This document shows positions 58,770 through 64,000 of a stretch of 64,000 bases of DNA, piece by piece. Numbering within the stretch: position 1 is the stretch's first letter; each line of letters starts with the position of its first letter. A program made the translations under genes and the position numbers. The stretch covers positions 1 through 64,000 of the forward strand of contig JBKCUU010000019.1 in NCBI GenBank assembly GCA_046318155.1. The letters are read 5' to 3'. Under the pieces are notes generated by a model. The model made no database searches, was not told the origin of the DNA, and saw only the letters and a list, made by a program, of their open reading frames with translations. The DNA is from Bdellovibrio sp. GTDB lineage: Bacteria; Bdellovibrionota; Bdellovibrionia; Bdellovibrionales; Bdellovibrionaceae.

Positions 58770-59162
58770 TCAGATTTTGCTGTAAGCCGGATCCTGTTCT
58801 GACTCGCGTTTCCGAAAACGAATCAGTGACGACCATTCATCTAGGACCACAATTACTTGTGGGCTCAAGCGAACGTACCCGGAAGCACATGCGGACCGCA
58901 TTTAACCGCTTCCCTATTTGTTCTTGCTCCATGCAGAGTTTGGCTGTTTTCACTCCAGCAGCTCCCCGAGAAACTCCCGTTCCCGTAACTCGGCTCATCG
59001 CTCTGGACATTCTCTCTGTTCCACTGTTCCGACACCGGTTTTAACACCGGTGTGAGGGGCGTTACCCCCTGCATTGTCCTTTGGAGTCCGGACTTTCCTC
59101 GCGTCCAAAAATCCCTGATTTCTCAAGGCTTTTCAAAACCCGCGGCCATCCACAAAATCTGA
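58770..59162 (-). ncRNA. rnpB: RNase P RNA (bacterial, probably type A)
   Basis: Minus strand has the conserved GAGGAAAGTCCGGACTCC near the 5' end and AGAACAGGATCCGGCTTACAG near the 3' end; the termini pair (CAGATTTTG / CAAAATCTG, P1 helix). Confidence 0.93.
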
Positions 59163-59263
59163 GGCGGACCATAACACGGGAGGCCCAAATCCACAAGTTT
59201 GTGAAGTTCTTGAAGAACATGTCAGATTTCGATAGCTTAAGGGCTCTTCAACAAGGATCAACG

Positions 59264-59710
59264 ATGAAAATCACACTTTTGACTCTCGGTTTCGTTCTCT
59301 CAATGTATAGTCTCGCTTGGGCTGCGGGCAACTCAGGTGCCGCGCACGCTCCCCGCCACGGTGCCAATTTAAATTTGCTTCCTCCTCCAGCTCCCGATGC
59401 AAACAAAGTGACGCGCCCTGATCCCGTTGTGCTTGAAGCCCCCGCGGCCATGTCTAAAGTATCGGGTAGTGCGACGACTTTGAAATGGAAACCCGCTCAA
59501 GGAGCAACGGCTTACTCGGTCCAGGTGGCGACGGATCCCAATTTCAAATGGCTTGTCGTCAATGAGCAATCGGTTCAAGGCACCACTTACGAACTCAAAA
59601 ATCTTGAAGTGGGCAAACAGTATTTCTGGCGCGTGTACGGCACAAAAGCTGACAACGATCCCAGCTACCTCAAGGGTGACTTCGGTCGCTCGATGTTTGA
59701 AGTTCGCTAA
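59264..59710 (+). CDS. Secreted fibronectin type III domain protein
   Basis: Signal peptide from ATG 59264; TLKWKP..ATAYSVQVATD..L..GKQYFWRV. Confidence 0.8.
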   Translation: MKITLLTLGFVLSMYSLAWAAGNSGAAHAPRHGANLNLLPPPAPDANKVTRPDPVVLEAPAAMSKVSGSATTLKWKPAQGATAYSVQVATDPNFKWLVVNEQSVQGTTYELKNLEVGKQYFWRVYGTKADNDPSYLKGDFGRSMFEVR

Positions 59711-59760
59711 GCTTATTTAAGCAAATTATTTTGAATCTTGATAATCCGCTGAAGAGCGGC

Positions 59761-60333
59761 TTACTTTTTTTCGGTGCTCTCAAAACTTGAGAGAATCGAC
59801 TCGATCAATGGATCTTCGTCCATTTCGCGAGCTTTTTGAAATGTCCCCGTGATCACAAAAATCTGACCGTCTTTTTTCTTCAGACATAAAACTCTCTGGA
59901 GCACGGAACTCTTGCCCGCGATTTCGTAATAACCAACGGCCGCCTCACTGACTTTTGCTTTTTCAGAGACGTTTTTTGAGAGCTGACGTAACTTTTCGGG
60001 AATCAGATTTTGGGCTTTGCGGGACTGATCAAGTTGATTCAAAAAATCAGCTGCCGTTTGATTGTCTTGTGCTTTTCCTTTAAGAATGCTGACCAAAATT
60101 GTCGAGTCTGCTTTTCCAAAAGACACCAGCATTCGGCTGCCAGATTCTTTCTTGGGATCTGGCGTCTGCACTTTCCACTTTGTCGGGTACAAAATTTTAA
60201 AATTTTCTTTATCGTCTTGATAGGTCTTTAAACTCGAAACGGGGGCGCCGGCTATCACCTCCGCAGGAGCGGGAGCGGGAGAAGCCGCAAAAACCAAACT
60301 CGAAGTCAATAGAAGTGCCGCTGCTGATCCCAT
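59761..60333 (-). CDS. Secreted PsbP/DcrB-like protein
   Basis: Signal peptide; Y.D...FKILYPTKWK motif and a C-terminal 'ILSSFE' typical of this fold. Confidence 0.55.
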   Translation of the reverse strand: MGSAAALLLTSSLVFAASPAPAPAEVIAGAPVSSLKTYQDDKENFKILYPTKWKVQTPDPKKESGSRMLVSFGKADSTILVSILKGKAQDNQTAADFLNQLDQSRKAQNLIPEKLRQLSKNVSEKAKVSEAAVGYYEIAGKSSVLQRVLCLKKKDGQIFVITGTFQKAREMDEDPLIESILSSFESTEKK

Positions 60334-60516
60334 GCTTCCTCCATCATCAGGCTGAACTAAACTCTGCCACTCGCGCTTTAAATCAAATGGCTCTTCCGTC
60401 CAATTTTGTGTCGTCGGGCCCGACCTGTAAAGAAAAGATGCGCGCAGGCCTGAGCTTCGAGTCTCAGGTCTTGATCACGCACAACCACCTATTTAGACCA
60501 GATCTCCTACTCCCGG

Positions 60517-60879
60517 TTAAGAGGGGTCTTCGCATGTCGTCTTAACATCCCACTCTAAAGGACCCAGCCATGTGAAGATAGACTCGCACTGAAACACCTG
60601 ACCAGGACAAGTCGGCCCGCTCACTGTCACATTTGCTGTGATCACAAAACTCTGAACTTGGTTTTCAAAAAAGTCGGCTTTCGTTAACTCAAGATCATCC
60701 ATGCGATCAAAAACGCACTGAATATTGCCTTCTGACCATGCGGTCTCGAGCATTGTCGCTTTTTCGACAACAAGTTCAGTTCGTTCTTGAGTCAGATTAA
60801 TTCGAGAGTCCCAGTTCAGAATAGCGGCAGCGGCCGTCGAGCCAGTGAACACAAGCAAACAAATTAAAAACAAACGCAT
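60517..60879 (-). CDS. Small secreted Cys-containing hypothetical protein
   Basis: Signal peptide, AAGGGG RBS, four Cys in the mature part. Confidence 0.6.
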   Translation of the reverse strand: MRLFLICLLVFTGSTAAAAILNWDSRINLTQERTELVVEKATMLETAWSEGNIQCVFDRMDDLELTKADFFENQVQSFVITANVTVSGPTCPGQVFQCESIFTWLGPLEWDVKTTCEDPS

Positions 60880-60958
60880 AGAGCCCCCTTTTTGACAGTC
60901 CGTTGTCTATTTGAGCCCTTGGGCCCGGGCAAGGTTTTTCTTGAGGATTGTCAGATCT

Positions 60959-61861
60959 CTAAGGCTTCAAGAGATTGACATTGGGGTCGTAGACCAAATC
61001 GACCATAAGCGGCTTGTGGTCGGAGGACTCGATTCGCGTGAGGTCAATTGATTGCTCAAGGCGCAGTCCACGAACAAAGATATGGTCAAAGGGAAACGTC
61101 CATCCCGCTTCGCCGACATTCAAGTTTTTTAAACCCAACGACTGAAGCACGCTTTCCATGTACTCCAAACGTGGATACGACCAGGTGTTGAAATCACCTG
61201 CAACGACAAGGGGTCCCTTGTGTGAGCGGATGACCTGAACCACTTGATCCATGTGCAACTCAAAAGACCTTTGAGTCACGAAATTAATGGCATGCAGGTT
61301 GAGCGCGACAAGCGTATGGAGTCCCGTTCGGCCCAGCTTATACTCTGTCACGAGCAAACTTTTGGGCGTTTTTGCAATCGGTTCAACAACGGGAGAAAGA
61401 AATGAATTTTCTCTCAAAGGTTTTGCGGTCGATCCCGTTGCAACTCCGGTGTAATTTTCTGAGCGTTGCCACTTAAATGCTTGGGCCATTCCCCACGACA
61501 GTTGTGGCTGAGCCAGCGAAATACTGGTGGTGAGATCAGGGCGGTCGACCATTTCTTGAAGCAAAACCAGATTTGCATCTTGGCTCAGAGTTCGAAAGTC
61601 TTCGACCATGCCTTTGATTTCACCTTTTTTGACATTCCAAACGAGCAAGCGAAAGAGTTCAGGCAAGGCTTCTTGAGCTTCGGCATGGAGCAAACCAAAG
61701 CGCGAAATGCTCTGAACCTTTGCATCGGCCGTATAAAGGCTCGCGCAAGAAACCTTGGCGGGAGCCGCGGTCGATAAAAATAAACTTAACAAAATAAGGC
61801 TCAGTTGTTTCTTCACGAACCAGCTCCTATCAACTTTGGGACCCAAGATTTGAGGCTTCAA
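60959..61861 (-). CDS. Endonuclease/exonuclease/phosphatase family protein (YafD-like), exported
   Basis: LVWNVKK, LLQE, NLHAINF, AGDFNTWS, DHIFVRG, SDHKP; start uncertain. Confidence 0.85.
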   Translation of the reverse strand: MKPQILGPKVDRSWFVKKQLSLILLSLFLSTAAPAKVSCASLYTADAKVQSISRFGLLHAEAQEALPELFRLLVWNVKKGEIKGMVEDFRTLSQDANLVLLQEMVDRPDLTTSISLAQPQLSWGMAQAFKWQRSENYTGVATGSTAKPLRENSFLSPVVEPIAKTPKSLLVTEYKLGRTGLHTLVALNLHAINFVTQRSFELHMDQVVQVIRSHKGPLVVAGDFNTWSYPRLEYMESVLQSLGLKNLNVGEAGWTFPFDHIFVRGLRLEQSIDLTRIESSDHKPLMVDLVYDPNVNLLKP

Positions 61862-62033
61862 TTCGAGCTTATCGCATTTGGCAACAAGGCCGGTGTCGAT
61901 GACTCAGCCATGGCAAGAAAGTATTTCAATAACCGCACCACGACTTTCTTCCCGGGACGTTCCGTCTTTTGATGAAGGCTTACACACAAATAAGCTTGAG
62001 CCTCGATGACCCCGAGGATTATCCTCAAAAGAC

Positions 62034-62630
62034 ATGGCGCAGCTCCTTCAGCAAACTCCCATTCTTGAAGCTCCCGGTGCTGGAATTCCCCTGCACCACC
62101 GAATGCTTATGCGCTGGTATGTCCGACCGCGAATTGCCGCCACCTCTGACTGGCTTCACAACGAAAAATTGTTTTATAAATTTCACGGGACCATTCTCAA
62201 CGAGATTTCGGTCGTGCCCTACAACAAGTGGAGCGCGAAAATTTTGGTTCCACCTCAGCGTGGTCTCGAAGACAGCTCTCGCTTCTGGAATTTAAATGAG
62301 TCTTTAGAACACATCGTGATTGTCGGCAACGCCGTTCGGGATTTTGTCATTGAGCTCAGCAATCAGCGGACTCCCACCGTAGAGGCCGATACCGCGCGGG
62401 CCAAACCGCTCGGCCAAATGAGTCCCGAAGATACGCTGATTTATTTTGAAGAGTACGTCACGAGCTGTATTGGAAAAATCAACTCTGCCAAAGGCACCAG
62501 CCTGCGCGGTCTGACCTGGGTTCACCCCTGGTTTGGCCCCATGAATGCGCATGAATGGTTTTGGCTGCTTCCCATTCACGCGGGGCTTCACCTGCAGCAA
62601 ATTCTAGAAATCAAAAAGAAGCTCGGTTAA
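62034..62630 (+). CDS. DinB family protein
   Basis: WNLNESLEH, HPWFGPM, H...HLQQI His triad. Confidence 0.8.
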   Translation: MAQLLQQTPILEAPGAGIPLHHRMLMRWYVRPRIAATSDWLHNEKLFYKFHGTILNEISVVPYNKWSAKILVPPQRGLEDSSRFWNLNESLEHIVIVGNAVRDFVIELSNQRTPTVEADTARAKPLGQMSPEDTLIYFEEYVTSCIGKINSAKGTSLRGLTWVHPWFGPMNAHEWFWLLPIHAGLHLQQILEIKKKLG

Positions 62631-63431
62631 TCAACTTCGCCAGTGAGCACGCGCTCCGGATTTCGCTGCCCAATGGTTGTCACATTAAAATTCAGCCGGC
62701 CGATCTCACGGCTGTCCGTTGTCTTTTTCGATTTTGTGATACACGCCCATATTCTGAGCCGACAACGGCACGGGCGGAATCCACCCTAAAACGTAAAAAA
62801 CAAAAAACAGAACGAGCACACTTGCTCCTGGTGCTCCGACTTTTATGAATAAAAGCTTCAGATCGGGAATTCTTTTTTCGAGATAACGCCAACAAAGCCA
62901 AAGCACCAGTGCCGTCGTCGTGATAGCAAACAAGAAAGGAGTCCAGCCCACAAACCCGAACACGACCGGATAAATGATCGAGAAAAAGGAAAAGAGGCAG
63001 ATCAAATAAAGTCCAACTTTCAAATTCACGAAATTTTTTTGCTCCTGCTTGACTTCGTTGGCCACCATGAGCACCAACATCAAGCCTAAGAACAAGAAAG
63101 ACGCCCAGACCGAGGAACTCTGAATAAAGAACAACCAATACAGACTCAGTAAACTTCCCATCAAGAAGTGCAAGATCGTGTCTCGGTAATTCCAGATTCT
63201 AGAGAGCCAGCGCGGAGGTAGCGCCACATTCTGTTCAACCAAAAAATTCAGCATCAGTAAGCTGCTAACTTAAACAAGATAGACGACTTGCTGTGCTATC
63301 GAAAGGGGGTCGTCGATATCCGACAACGTGAAGATGTCAAAGATCACTCCGGCAAGGAAGAAGCCGATATCGACTCTGGTTTCATTTTTTTCGTAATAAT
63401 TGAGTGCTTTTTCTTTGAGGGATCTGAGCAT
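62627..63431 (-). pseudogene. Disrupted DUF2914-type membrane protein
   Basis: ATG 63431; in-frame TAA at 63270-63272 separates two same-frame ORFs; after WIPPVPLS..GVYHKIEK the frame ends, and a C-terminal remnant REIGRLNFNV...GEVD* continues in another frame. Confidence 0.75.
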
Positions 63432-63670
63432 GGATCCAACCTTAGCAAATTCATGTGAGTTTACAAATTTCTTGCATCTGTTCCGGAGAACCCTGCTCTG
63501 GTGCTCAAAATTGTCACCTTCTTGAAAAAAGCTCCTAGGTGACAGAATCAAAAAGATTATGGACTGGTTGCAACTCAAGAAGGGGTGGCACTTTTCGTGG
63601 AATGAGCCCAGCATTAAAACGAAACAGGCTGGAACCGGCCTTTCTACAATTAGTTAATGGAGACGCTTTT

Positions 63671-64000
63671 ATGAAGTCGATCTTGATCCTCGCCCTGGCC
63701 TTGTTCAGTTCACAAAAGGCAATGGCTGCTTCGGATGCCCTTGCTCAGCAAAGCATAAAAATCGTCGCGAAAGACGTCGACGTCGTTCTCGAGAAAACCA
63801 TCGGCAACGTGAAGAGCATCTTCAATCGCTACAAAGTGGCTCTAGACTCTAGCACAAAAATCTTGTCACCACTTCAGGTGGGCGGTACGCAAACAAACCC
63901 AACCATCAAAGTGACAATGGAAAAATGTGTGATGTTTATCTGCCAAACCGTCAGCCTCGATGCTGAGATCACAGTCCGCACAGTTTCTGGCAGATGCGAA
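63671..64000 (+). CDS. Secreted hypothetical protein (partial, runs off the right edge)
   Basis: GGAG RBS; MKSILILALALFSSQKAMAA signal peptide; open frame to the window end. Confidence 0.7.
   Translation, partial: MKSILILALALFSSQKAMAASDALAQQSIKIVAKDVDVVLEKTIGNVKSIFNRYKVALDSSTKILSPLQVGGTQTNPTIKVTMEKCVMFICQTVSLDAEITVRTVSGRCE

Noticed and set aside
58826..59263. Small ORFs at 58826-59074 and the upstream extension of the FN3 ORF from 59081
   Set aside because: They overlap the RNase P RNA gene; the FN3 protein has a better start with RBS and signal peptide at 59264.
63270..63272. Stop-codon readthrough or recoding (Sec/Pyl or alternative code)
   Set aside because: The codon is TAA, TAA terminates many other genes here, and a second lesion downstream indicates pseudogenisation.

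Overview
Gene-dense bacterial chromosomal window. Gene content suggests a Bdellovibrionota (Bdellovibrio-like) genome: a TIGR02147/DUF4423 HTH gene, many secreted orphans and small GNGG-motif exported proteins. This taxonomy is inferred, not proven. Housekeeping blocks: pantothenate/CoA operon (panG-like, panB, panC, coaBC, coaX, panD), Phe/Tyr catabolism (phhA, hppD, hmgA), leucine catabolism (MCC beta, methylglutaconyl-CoA hydratase, split MCC alpha plus BCCP, HMG-CoA lyase), ribD, rfaD, xth, a PIF1 helicase, an M3 oligoendopeptidase and the RNase P RNA gene (rnpB, minus strand, about 58770-59162). The most striking element is an ~8.4 kb co-oriented cluster (7977-16339, minus strand): porin, PstS-like phosphate-binding protein, tetraheme lipoprotein cytochrome, diheme lipoprotein cytochrome, monoheme cytochrome-porin fusion, second paralogous porin, and a stand-alone response regulator. 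It looks like an undescribed porin-cytochrome outer-membrane electron conduit linked to phosphate/oxyanion binding, with repeat arrays at both ends. Other notable items are a divergent SelO-like AMPylase, a DUF1328-secreted protein fusion, a TGAAAC operator-like array ahead of the TIGR02147 gene, a recurring ATGTAGC-N-GCTACAT palindrome, and a doubly inactivated DUF2914-type pseudogene. No CRISPR array, tRNA, rRNA or transposase was seen. All family assignments come from motif recognition by eye; no database search was run.
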